A DNA stretch of 64,000 nt from an uncultured Candidatus Saccharibacteria bacterium (GTDB lineage: Bacteria > Patescibacteriota > Minisyncoccia > Phycocordibacterales > Phycocordibacteraceae): positions 708 to 64,707 of the forward strand of contig CAZXAN010000004.1 in the NCBI GenBank assembly GCA_964638585.1, given 5' to 3'. Below are positions 45,183 through 53,977 of the stretch, piece after piece. Position 1 is the first letter of the stretch. The number at the start of each line of letters is the position of its first letter. The notes beneath the pieces are model-generated. The model was not told the origin of the DNA. It did not search any database and saw only the letters and a list, made by a program, of their open reading frames with translations. The position numbers and the translations under genes were made by a program.

Positions 45183-45418
45183 AAAAATTATGTGATGCTA
45201 GTATTCTATCATAGTTTTCTGATCTTGTTCATACTCTTCAAGGCAAGGCTTGACGGCTTCGGGCGTTTCCCCAAGGACTTTCTGGTCCGATACTTCGGTA
45301 TTGGTCGCTGGGAATCTCCTCAGGTGTCTCGTCCACCCTGCGTTAATTTGCAGGATTTTGCCTTGAGGACTATGAACGGGATAACCAGTTCTTTTTGTGG
45401 CTAACCAAGGAGGTTTCT

Positions 45419-45631
45419 ATGCTTCAAATGAGAGCAGGCACGCTGACCGAAATGAAAGGGTATTCAAAATTGGTAGTTGGGATTGCAACATGCCCCGACT
45501 GCGGTCAGAATGTCGGAGTCGTGAACGATAGTGGTCCGCAAGGGAACGCGCGCTTCAATTATCTGGAGAATCACCAAGTGCCAGGAAGCGTTCTCTGCCG
45601 ATCGAGTGAGAAAATGCTTGTCGATTTTTGA
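45419..45631 (+). CDS. small zinc-ribbon protein (hypothetical)
   Basis: 70-aa ORF with perfect RBS AAGGAGG 7 nt upstream; CPDCG...C motif; followed by a terminator. Confidence 0.45.
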   Translation: MLQMRAGTLTEMKGYSKLVVGIATCPDCGQNVGVVNDSGPQGNARFNYLENHQVPGSVLCRSSEKMLVDF

Positions 45632-45645
45632 GTGAAACTCGCGGC

Positions 45646-45691
45646 CGCCCGGCAGAAATCACCCGATGATTCTGTCGGGCGATTTCTTTTT
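45646..45691. terminator. bidirectional rho-independent terminator
   Basis: CGCCCGGCAGA-N14-TCTGTCGGGCG hairpin followed by ATTTCTTTTT; lies between convergent genes. Confidence 0.55.
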
Positions 45692-47360
45692 ATCGCGGGA
45701 GGTCGACAGTGTCGGCGACTTCGGAGAGGGAGGTGACGCCGTTTAATGCTTTGATGATGCCGTCCTGCGCCATGGTGAGGTAGCCTTGTTTGGCCGCCAG
45801 TTTTGCAATTTCATTTTCAGGCGGATTGTCTCGTAAGAAGTTGGCGAGCTCGTTGTCCATAAATATTGCTTCGTAGAGACCGATACGGCCGTGATAACCG
45901 GTCTCTTTATCGTTTTCTGGGGCTGGCTCCCAGACAGTTTCAATTTTTTCAGGAATGAGCGATTTATCGGCGAGATTTTCAAATACTTTTTCTATCATTT
46001 TTTTCTCATCTGCAGTGAGAGGGCGCTCTTTTCTCTTATTTGGGTCCAGTCTGCGCAAGAGGCGCTGGGCCATTGAGACTGTAATCGCAGAGCCAAATGA
46101 TTTCGGGTCCGCGCCTAGGTCTGCCAGCCGGGGGAAGGTGCCAGCCGCGTCGTTAGTGTGGAGTGTTGATAGAACGAAGTGACCAGTGAGCGCGGCTTGT
46201 ATGGCAATATTGGCTGTCTCGCCATCGCGGATCTCGCCGACCATGATTATGTCCGGGTCTTGTCGGACGATTGAGCGGAGACCTTCTGCAAATGTATACT
46301 TGTTCCCTTCAACCTGCGTTTGCACGATACCGTCTAGGTGGTATTCAACAGGGTCTTCTATGGTAATCACTTTTATCTCTGGTTTGTGTAGCTCGCGGAG
46401 GAAGGAGTAGAGAGTTGTTGTCTTACCACTACCTGTCGGCCCTGTCGTAAGTAACATGCCGTTCGCCCGACGAATCTCTGTCTCTAGACGCGCAAGAAGC
46501 TTTGGATGAATACCAAGCTCTGTATACGAGACCATTGTTGAACCAGGGTCTAGAATACGCATAACTATTGATTCGCCATAGGCACCGGGGATAAAGGACG
46601 CACGAATCTCTATCTGTATGTCGTTCTTCACAATACTAAAACGACCGTCCTGTGCGCGATTCGTGATATTCAACTTCACACCAGAGAGAAGTTTGATGCG
46701 TGAGTTGAGTTGGTGATACGTTGCTGGATCAAAAAAATAAGAGTCAGCCAAGACGCCGTCAATGCGAAGACGTAGTAAGGACTCATTTTCTCTTGGTTCA
46801 AAATGAACGTCAGAAGCGCGTAGCGCAAACGCCCCTGCAAAAACGATCTCAAGGATATGTGAAATATGATCAAGCCCCTTTTCTGCAGTGGCAGTGTTTA
46901 GCATTTGCTCAAGAGCATCGTGTGTAGCAGTTTCTTTTGTCAGTTTTGCGAGTATTTCAGGTGCAACGGTAAAAATACCAACTCGCGACTTCGTCGCGAG
47001 CGACAGGTCAGCATATCGTGACAACGCCTTGTCCAAGCTTTTCTTAGAGACCAGAAACTCTTTAATCGTGTACCCTAGACCTGTCAATTTTTCATTAAGT
47101 TTAATGTATGCAGGATTATTCGGATTGTGCATTGCAACCGATATGACATGCGCCACTTTTGCATAAGCAACCGCCTCTGCCTCACGCGCCTCTGCCTCTG
47201 GGATAACACGCAGAGCATCGGTGTCTATATCTGTTGAAGACAGATCAACATAGCCTACTCCATATTTATCAGAAAGAATCTGTGCCAAGTCCTCCTCCTC
47301 TCTCTCTCGCACCTCGGCGATCTTACTCGTCTCTTTTGTTGTATCAAATGGCAAATCCAT
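45690..47360 (-). CDS. second PilB/GspE-family secretion ATPase
   Basis: GspE N-domain, Walker A TGPTGSGKTTTLY, Walker B IIMVGEIRD, tetracysteine-less CPR-type PilB. Confidence 0.8.
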   Translation of the reverse strand: MDLPFDTTKETSKIAEVREREEEDLAQILSDKYGVGYVDLSSTDIDTDALRVIPEAEAREAEAVAYAKVAHVISVAMHNPNNPAYIKLNEKLTGLGYTIKEFLVSKKSLDKALSRYADLSLATKSRVGIFTVAPEILAKLTKETATHDALEQMLNTATAEKGLDHISHILEIVFAGAFALRASDVHFEPRENESLLRLRIDGVLADSYFFDPATYHQLNSRIKLLSGVKLNITNRAQDGRFSIVKNDIQIEIRASFIPGAYGESIVMRILDPGSTMVSYTELGIHPKLLARLETEIRRANGMLLTTGPTGSGKTTTLYSFLRELHKPEIKVITIEDPVEYHLDGIVQTQVEGNKYTFAEGLRSIVRQDPDIIMVGEIRDGETANIAIQAALTGHFVLSTLHTNDAAGTFPRLADLGADPKSFGSAITVSMAQRLLRRLDPNKRKERPLTADEKKMIEKVFENLADKSLIPEKIETVWEPAPENDKETGYHGRIGLYEAIFMDNELANFLRDNPPENEIAKLAAKQGYLTMAQDGIIKALNGVTSLSEVADTVDLPR

Positions 47361-47458
47361 TTACACATAATAACATCAGAATATAAGCCCCAAGACATGG
47401 ACTTGACGAAACAGTAGTTTGGGTGTATACTATATTAAGTTAAACCACAGGAGGTTTT

Positions 47459-47641
47459 ATGAAAAGAAGTCTGTTTTTTGCCCTTTTGGTTGCCGCAGCA
47501 CTGGGCGGATGCGTGGTTATACCGATGCCATGTCCAGCCGGGAGTACCTGCGTCACCAGCTACTATGCAGTGCCCCAGCCGATTATTTATGCACCATATG
47601 GGCCAGCACCAAGATATTGTACTTGGAGGCGGTGCTGGTAG
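47459..47641 (+). CDS. small lipoprotein-like secreted peptide (hypothetical)
   Basis: RBS AGGAGG; MKRSLFFALLVAAALGGC lipobox-like signal; 60 aa. Confidence 0.35.
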   Translation: MKRSLFFALLVAAALGGCVVIPMPCPAGSTCVTSYYAVPQPIIYAPYGPAPRYCTWRRCW

Positions 47642-47711
47642 TGAATGCGCTCGGATTTGTCCAGAGGGACAGATTCGGGCGCATTTTGATTTTAGGGGTA
47701 CAATTGTGCAG

Positions 47712-48152
47712 ATGGAGAAGATAATAAAAACGCTGGCAGAACTGGAAGCAGAGGCCGGCCGCTTTGTGCGAGAGCTAGTGCCACAAGAGAATAAAGCGAC
47801 TCTTGTTACCCTCTCGGGCGAGCTCGGGGCGGGGAAGACGGCGTTTACTCAGGCCGTCGCGCGAGCCCTCGGTGTTGGAGAAACAGTAACGAGTCCCACC
47901 TTTGTATTAGAAAAGATTTATCAACTTGGAAGTCGGACTTCCAAGTTCAAGCGTTTAATACATATTGACGCATATCGTTTGGAGAAAGGCGCTGACCTCG
48001 CTCCACTCGGCTTTGATGAGATCATACAAGATTCTGGCAATCTAATATTATTTGAATGGCCGGAGAAAGTCGATGGTGCGCTCCCACCCCCTGCCGTAAA
48101 AATTTCAATAATCGCGAACCCCGACGGCTCTCGCACTATTTCATATGAATAA
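47712..48152 (+). CDS. tsaE: tRNA threonylcarbamoyladenosine biosynthesis ATPase TsaE (YjeE)
   Basis: LSGELGAGKTAFTQ Walker A and TSPTF...IHID YjeE motifs. Start at MEKIIKT. Confidence 0.7.
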   Translation: MEKIIKTLAELEAEAGRFVRELVPQENKATLVTLSGELGAGKTAFTQAVARALGVGETVTSPTFVLEKIYQLGSRTSKFKRLIHIDAYRLEKGADLAPLGFDEIIQDSGNLILFEWPEKVDGALPPPAVKISIIANPDGSRTISYE

Positions 48153-48528
48153 GGATTTTGATTCATGGAATCAGATTAAGAAAAAAGTTCAGGACAAAAA
48201 GGATATTTACTGCAATGCGCGTGAGATATGGTGGTGTGCGCTCGGTCTTAATGTCGGCTCGGAAGAAGACGGTAAGAACGAATTATTTGAGCGACCAGTA
48301 CTCGTATTGAAAGTTTTCAATCACCAGATGATTCGAGTAGCTCCACTAACAAGTAAACAAAAAGATGATGCGCACCACTTTGCAGTGACCTACGACGGAC
48401 GAAATGGTTCCGTCATTCTTTCACAGACTAAGACGATTAGTACGAAACGTCTCTCGCGGAAACTCTGTCGCCTCGATAAAGCACAATTCGCTTCTGTTAT
48501 TCGCGCGCTACAAGACACCCTTATATAA
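48145..48528 (+). CDS. MazF/PemK-family endoribonuclease toxin (putative, no adjacent antitoxin seen)
   Basis: REIWWCALGLNVGSEEDGKNELFERPVLVL...RVAPLTS...SVILSQTKTISTKRL matches the PemK/MazF pattern (GD-I-W-DF-P-GSE-RP-VV). Confidence 0.55.
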   Translation: MNKDFDSWNQIKKKVQDKKDIYCNAREIWWCALGLNVGSEEDGKNELFERPVLVLKVFNHQMIRVAPLTSKQKDDAHHFAVTYDGRNGSVILSQTKTISTKRLSRKLCRLDKAQFASVIRALQDTLI

Positions 48529-48644
48529 ATTCGAAGCCGCCCGTGAGGGCGGCTTCTCGGAGCCCGAAGGCCTAGTAGTGAAAGTGTATCAAATCGGCTT
48601 TTCCTGTCAATAGAGGTAGAATGAACAGAACAATCTGAAACCAT

Positions 48645-49172
48645 ATGATTACCATAGAAAAATCACTCATAGAAAAACTGCTTGCATTGGAAAAGCCGGC
48701 AATCATTGCTATTTCCGGCTTCGGCGGGGCTGGCAAGTCGACTTTTGCCGATTTGCTCGGGAGCGCAATCAATGCCTCTGTGGTTTGTATCGATCAATTT
48801 GGAATTGATAGAACAATTGAGAATTACACACACTGGAGAGGAATGGATTTTGAAAGGCTAGAAAAAGAAATAATCATCCCTTTTTTAAAAGATAAGAATC
48901 CTAGCGCTGGACTCCTCATTGTCGAAGGCGTTGGACTTTTTCGTCCAGAGTTACTGAAATACTTTGATTACAAAATTTGGATTGATTTGCCACAGGACAT
49001 TGCGACCCTGCGAGGGAAGAGTCGCGATCGTGAGAGGCGCGGCGATACGGAAGATCCTAACTGGGATGCGAAATGGGATGGGCCATGGAAAAGAAACGAC
49101 GAAGAGTACTTTAATACATACAGGCCAGACAGAGTCGCAGATTTAGTTATTTCAAACCATGAAAACAAGTAA
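48645..49172 (+). CDS. P-loop NTPase, uridine-kinase-like nucleoside/nucleotide kinase family
   Basis: Walker A ISGFGGAGKST, Walker B-like LLIVEG; 175 aa. Confidence 0.5.
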   Translation: MITIEKSLIEKLLALEKPAIIAISGFGGAGKSTFADLLGSAINASVVCIDQFGIDRTIENYTHWRGMDFERLEKEIIIPFLKDKNPSAGLLIVEGVGLFRPELLKYFDYKIWIDLPQDIATLRGKSRDRERRGDTEDPNWDAKWDGPWKRNDEEYFNTYRPDRVADLVISNHENK

Positions 49173-51540
49173 ATCCAAAAAAAGGATAGTGCTCTTGGAT
49201 ACCCATGCGATTATTCATCGTGCGTATCATGCGCTACCGGACTTCACGGGGCCCACTGGTGCGCCGACGGGCGCGCTCTATGGTCTTGTCGCGATGTTGT
49301 TGAAGATCATTACTGACTTAAAGCCGGACTACATAGCTGCTTGTTATGATCTGCCGAAGCCGACTATCCGGCATGAAGCATACTCTGACTATAAGGGCAC
49401 GAGAATGAAGACTGACGATGCTCTCGTCACACAAATAAAAGAGTCACACAAAGTGTTTGAGGCATTTTCTATACCAATGTATGACCGAGAGGGATTTGAG
49501 GCAGACGATCTTCTCGGCACTATCGCGAGCGAGATAAAAGGTATTGCTGATGTGATTATTGCTTCGGGCGACATGGACACACTCCAGCTCGTGGACGATG
49601 AGCGCGTACGCGTCTACACACTGAAAAAAGGTATAAACGACACTATTCTGTATGATGAGAAAGCGGTAAAAGAGAGGTTCGGATTTGGGCCAGAACTTAT
49701 TCCGGACTGGAAAGGCCTGCGCGGCGACCCATCGGATAACATTAAGGGCGTGCCAGGCATTGGCGAGAAGACAGCTACCGATTTGATAATAAATTTTGGC
49801 AGTATAGAAAAAATATATACAGCGCTAAAAAAGAAAAATGGCGAAGAAGCTTTTATAAAAAAAGGCATTAAAGCGAGAATGATTGGATTGCTGCGAGAAC
49901 ACGAAGAGGATGCGCGGTTCTCAAAGTCGCTCGCGACGATACGTTTGGACGCGCCAATCGCTTTTTCTTTGCCAGAAAAAAATTGGAGCGAGAACGTGGT
50001 CGCACAAAAAGTGTTTGATATGTGCGACGAATTTGGATTCAGAACGTTGAAAGAGCGAGTAAGGGGAGTGCTGATTAAGACGTCGGGCCTAGGCCTACCA
50101 GTTTCTGAAGAATCAGAACCAGTACCGGAAGAAGTGGACCCAACGCGCTTCGCAGAAGCACAGGTGATGCTTTGGCTCATTTCATCAGAATTCACAAATC
50201 CGTCTCTTGATGACATCCTCGCATTTACTAAGAAGCGGCTATTTACTGAAGCATACTCAGAGCTAGAGAGGCAGATGTCAGAACTTGGCAGAGTGAAAGA
50301 TGTATATGAGAAGATAGAGAAACCACTTATCGCAGTCGCGCAAAAAATGACAGAACATGGGATTCTGGTGGATCCAAAGGTTTTAAAAAACCTCGCGACA
50401 GAATATAAAGGAGAGCTGGAGAAAATAGAGAAGAATATTTATAAAAAAGTGGGGCACGAGTTTAATATAAACTCGCCAAAACAACTTGGCGATGTCCTGT
50501 TTGATGAATTAAAAATTGTTCCAGACAGAATGAAGAAGACTGCCGGAGGCCAGCGCTCTACGCGCGAGAGCGAGTTAGAAAAACTTCGTGACATGCATCC
50601 GATTATTGCCGATATTCTTGAATACCGTGAGCTGAAAAAATTACTCTCTACCTATATTGAGACGCTTCCATCACAGTTGGCTGCAGATAATCGTCTGCAT
50701 GCAGAATTTATTCAAACAGGGACAACTACCGGGCGAATGGCGAGTTTGAATCCAAACTTGCAAAATATCCCTATGCGGAGCGAGCGGGGCAGGGCAATAC
50801 GAAAGGCGTTTGTCGCGCAGAAAAGCTATGAACTCCTGTCACTGGATTATTCGCAGATAGAGCTACGTATTGCGGCTATTTTGTCCGGAGACAAAAAATT
50901 GTGCGAGATATTCAAGAGTGGCAGAGATGTGCACACAGAAGTTGCAGTACAAGTTTTTCATGTTGTTGCTGAAAACGTTGACGCAGAGATGCGGCGGCGA
51001 GCCAAGATTATAAATTTTGGCATTCTCTATGGAATGGGGGTGAACGCGCTTCGTGCACAACTCGGCTCCACAACGGCAGAGGCGCATCAGTATCTTGAAG
51101 ACTACTTCAGTACATTTAAGACCCTTGCAGAATATCTGGAGAGCACAAAAGGATTCGCGAGGAAGAACGGCTACACAGAGACGCTCTTCGGCCGTCGCCG
51201 ACAGTTTCCGGAAATGAAGTCAGCTCTGCCGTATGTTCGCGCACAGGCCGAGCGTATGGCGATAAACGCGCCGATACAAGGAACGTCGGCGGATATCATA
51301 AAACTAGCAATGTCGCGTATTGATGAAATATTAGAGAAAGAGTACCAAACAGATGCATATCTATTACTGCAAGTACATGATGAATTGGTGTATGAAATAG
51401 AAAAAGATAGTGTTGGTGAAATAAGCAAAAAGATTAAAGAAATTATGGAATCTGTTTTGTCGTCCACAGAATCACACGGTGTGCCGATCACTGTTACGAT
51501 GAAATCGGGCACTGACTGGGGCAGCATGAAGTCATTATGA
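49159..51540 (+). CDS. polA: DNA polymerase I (5'-3' exonuclease + polymerase domains)
   Basis: 5'-nuclease motifs (LLLDTHAIIHRAYHA...DDLIGT-like); family A polymerase motifs A (DYSQIELR), B (RRRAKIINFGILYG) and C (VHDE). Confidence 0.9.
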   Translation: MKTSKSKKRIVLLDTHAIIHRAYHALPDFTGPTGAPTGALYGLVAMLLKIITDLKPDYIAACYDLPKPTIRHEAYSDYKGTRMKTDDALVTQIKESHKVFEAFSIPMYDREGFEADDLLGTIASEIKGIADVIIASGDMDTLQLVDDERVRVYTLKKGINDTILYDEKAVKERFGFGPELIPDWKGLRGDPSDNIKGVPGIGEKTATDLIINFGSIEKIYTALKKKNGEEAFIKKGIKARMIGLLREHEEDARFSKSLATIRLDAPIAFSLPEKNWSENVVAQKVFDMCDEFGFRTLKERVRGVLIKTSGLGLPVSEESEPVPEEVDPTRFAEAQVMLWLISSEFTNPSLDDILAFTKKRLFTEAYSELERQMSELGRVKDVYEKIEKPLIAVAQKMTEHGILVDPKVLKNLATEYKGELEKIEKNIYKKVGHEFNINSPKQLGDVLFDELKIVPDRMKKTAGGQRSTRESELEKLRDMHPIIADILEYRELKKLLSTYIETLPSQLAADNRLHAEFIQTGTTTGRMASLNPNLQNIPMRSERGRAIRKAFVAQKSYELLSLDYSQIELRIAAILSGDKKLCEIFKSGRDVHTEVAVQVFHVVAENVDAEMRRRAKIINFGILYGMGVNALRAQLGSTTAEAHQYLEDYFSTFKTLAEYLESTKGFARKNGYTETLFGRRRQFPEMKSALPYVRAQAERMAINAPIQGTSADIIKLAMSRIDEILEKEYQTDAYLLLQVHDELVYEIEKDSVGEISKKIKEIMESVLSSTESHGVPITVTMKSGTDWGSMKSL

Positions 51541-52190
51541 TTTACCTCTTTTACGGAAGTGATGTTGAAAAAACGCGAACAAAAGCGTTTGAATGGATTG
51601 CGAAGGCGAGAACCAAAGAGCCAAACCTCGCCTATGTGCGTCTCTCGCGCGAAGAAGTGACTGGCGCAGCCCTAGAGGATGCGGCGCAGTCGGGCGGGCT
51701 CTTTGTAAAAAGACTGTTGATACTTCTTGATGATCCGTTTCCGAATGTGAAGGACTTCGTAAGTCCATCATCTGACGATGGACTTACGAAGTCCGTGCTT
51801 GAAGAACACATAGACAGTCTTGCTCTGTCTGACAACGCGATTGTCATCCTCGCGCCAAAATTGGTAGTGGCGAAGGCCAAAAAGATTTCAGTAAAAGCGA
51901 AACTTGAATACAAATATGACAAATCATCCGCGCCTGAGGACAAACGCGGCTTTAACAGCAGTCTCGTCAACGCGCTCGGCTCGCGCTCACGCGAGAAGCT
52001 CTGGTTGGAGATTAACCGTGCATTATATGCTGGTGACGCGCCCGAGATGCTCCACGGCCTTCTCCACTGGAAGGCGCGCGACCTCCGCGACCGCCAGCTA
52101 TCACTGGACTTAATCGCTCTACTCCAAACCTCCCGCCGCGGCGGTTTAGATTTGCCTCTCGCACTAGAGAAGTTCGCACTCTCGGTTTAG
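51537..52190 (+). CDS. holA: DNA polymerase III delta subunit-like (short HolA), putative
   Basis: N-terminus MIYLFYGSD...LEDAAQSGGLFVKRLLILLDD matches HolA domain I; 217 aa is short; contains an 18 bp perfect inverted repeat. Confidence 0.45.
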   Translation: MIYLFYGSDVEKTRTKAFEWIAKARTKEPNLAYVRLSREEVTGAALEDAAQSGGLFVKRLLILLDDPFPNVKDFVSPSSDDGLTKSVLEEHIDSLALSDNAIVILAPKLVVAKAKKISVKAKLEYKYDKSSAPEDKRGFNSSLVNALGSRSREKLWLEINRALYAGDAPEMLHGLLHWKARDLRDRQLSLDLIALLQTSRRGGLDLPLALEKFALSV

Positions 52191-52200
52191 AATCAGGTAT

Positions 52201-52968
52201 ATGAGGATCATCTCTCTCAATACATGGGGCGGTAGAGCTGGGAAAGAAAAACTCCTCGAGTTTTTTAAAACACAGGCAGGCACGACAGACATTTTTTGTC
52301 TACAGGAGATATGGTCTGCGGCATACCAACATTTGGATGGACACAATGCTGGAGGTGTAGTGATAAAGCATGAACAGGTTCTGACGCATGGTTTGCAGGA
52401 AATATCAGCAATACTACAAAATCACACATCATTTTTCCGTCCACACTTTATGGATAATTACGGACTTCTAATGTTTGTGAGCAAAAATCTCACGATTGTA
52501 GAGGAAGGGGAAGTTTTTGTGTATAAAGAAAAAGGACATATACCAAAAGGAGACGTAGGTACACACGCGCGCAACATTCAATACGTGACGGTTGAGACCG
52601 CGGGTTGTCCGATAACCGTTATAAATTTCCATGGCCTCTGGAATGGCAAGGGAAAGGGCGACAGTCCAGACCGTCTGGAACAGTCAGATAGGATTCTAGA
52701 GTTTACGAACAAGCTTAAAAATCCGTTCGTCTTGTGCGGCGATTTCAATCTGCTTCCAAATACAGAGAGTCTACGGAAGTTTGAAGATGCGGGATTGCGG
52801 AATTTAATTAAAGAATTCGGAGTGACGTCAACACGAACGAGCTTCTACATAAAGCCTGAAAAATTTGCGGACTATGTATTTATCAGCGACGGAACAGATA
52901 TCAAAGATTTTAAAGTTTTGCCTGACGAAGTCTCAGATCACGCACCACTCTTGGCTGAAGTGGGTTAA
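52201..52968 (+). CDS. endonuclease/exonuclease/phosphatase (EEP) family protein
   Basis: MRIISLNTWGG...CLQE...GDFN...SDHAPL EEP catalytic motifs. Confidence 0.7.
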   Translation: MRIISLNTWGGRAGKEKLLEFFKTQAGTTDIFCLQEIWSAAYQHLDGHNAGGVVIKHEQVLTHGLQEISAILQNHTSFFRPHFMDNYGLLMFVSKNLTIVEEGEVFVYKEKGHIPKGDVGTHARNIQYVTVETAGCPITVINFHGLWNGKGKGDSPDRLEQSDRILEFTNKLKNPFVLCGDFNLLPNTESLRKFEDAGLRNLIKEFGVTSTRTSFYIKPEKFADYVFISDGTDIKDFKVLPDEVSDHAPLLAEVG

Positions 52969-52982
52969 CTTAGTGCGCCTGG

Positions 52983-53010
52983 TTGGGAACGAACCAGCAT
53001 GTGGTATTAT
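52983..53010 (+). promoter_or_regulatory. candidate promoter for tRNA-Lys (-35 TTGGGA / -10 TGnTATTAT)
   Basis: Extended -10 TGGTATTAT with 16-17 nt spacer, about 55 nt upstream of the tRNA. Confidence 0.3.
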
Positions 53011-53068
53011 AGTAAGGGAGTCGCTGATATGAGATGAAGATGATAATGTGCGGTTAGAAAATATACAT

Positions 53069-53142
53069 GCGCCCGTAGCTCAGTCTGGTAGAGCAACGGC
53101 CTTTTAAGCCGCTGGTCGATGGTTCAAATCCATCCGGGCGCA
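53069..53142 (+). tRNA. tRNA-Lys (anticodon TTT)
   Basis: GCGCCCG/CGGGCGC acceptor, D-arm TAGCTCAGTCTGGTAGAGC, anticodon loop CTTTTAA, T-arm GATGG-TTCAAAT-CCATC; no encoded CCA. Confidence 0.85.
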
Positions 53143-53143
53143 C

Positions 53144-53977
53144 ATGAAAGATTTCAAAGACCACTGTATATCCTTGCGAAAGACAGGGCACAGCATTATT
53201 GAAATTATGAGAGCAACAGGTAGAGCAAAAAGTTCTATATATACGCACATAAAAGACATTCCATTAAGCAAGGAACGCTTAAAAGAAGTAAAGAAAGCTT
53301 CTGGAGAGCGGATTAGGAAATTCGCAATAGCACGAAAAGGGAAGAGTAAACGAGATTTCAGTTCATTTCAAAAATGGACACCAGAGACAGTCTCTTTAGT
53401 TGCGCACCTCATTTTTGACGGTGGCATTTATCCTAAAAGCGGATGCACATACAACAATCGCAGTAAAACTCTGATAAATCATGTAGAAGAATGCATGCGT
53501 CTTATTTATGTGTTTGAGCCGACGCAGTACACCAATCCAGGGACTGGTGTACTGCGAATTAGCTATCACAATGTAGCTCTTGCTATATATATGAAGAAGA
53601 AGGCTAGAGAGTTATTGCATAAAATACTGCACACACCTTTAAATCTCAAAAGGGAATTTGTCAGGGCTTTTTTTGACGACGAGGGATGTATAGACTACCG
53701 CCCGGAAAAAAATAGACGGAGTATTCGTGGTTATCAGAAGGATGCGAAGATACTTCATATAACTCAGAGACTCTTGCAAGATTTTAGTATTGAATCGCGG
53801 ATTGTTCTTCCGAATGAGGTCGTCATCGTAGGGAAAGAGAATCTGATGAAGTTTAGAAAAGAAATAGATTTTTCTCCTGGCGTGTATGTGAATGGAAAAC
53901 GTTCAAACAGCAGATGGAAGAAACACATAGAAAAAAGGGAATTGCTCAGACGAGCGATAGAATCCTTTAAAAATTAG
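53144..53977 (+). mobile_element. double-motif LAGLIDADG homing endonuclease gene, free-standing, 2 nt after tRNA-Lys
   Basis: Two LAGLIDADG-type motifs (LVAHLIFDGGIY and FVRAFFDDEGCI) about 100 aa apart, N-terminal HTH-like segment; ATG at 53144 immediately follows the tRNA 3' end. Confidence 0.7.

Noticed and set aside
45192-45404. 70-aa ORF MMLVFYHSFLILFILF... upstream of the zinc-ribbon gene
   Set aside because: Hydrophobic low-complexity, no RBS, sits in the likely promoter/leader; treated as non-coding.
53843-53870. Second CUGAUGA motif (CUGAUGAAGUUUAGAAAAGAAAU) inside the LAGLIDADG coding sequence
   Set aside because: No stem II hairpin followed by GAAA and no stems I/III can be drawn; chance occurrence.
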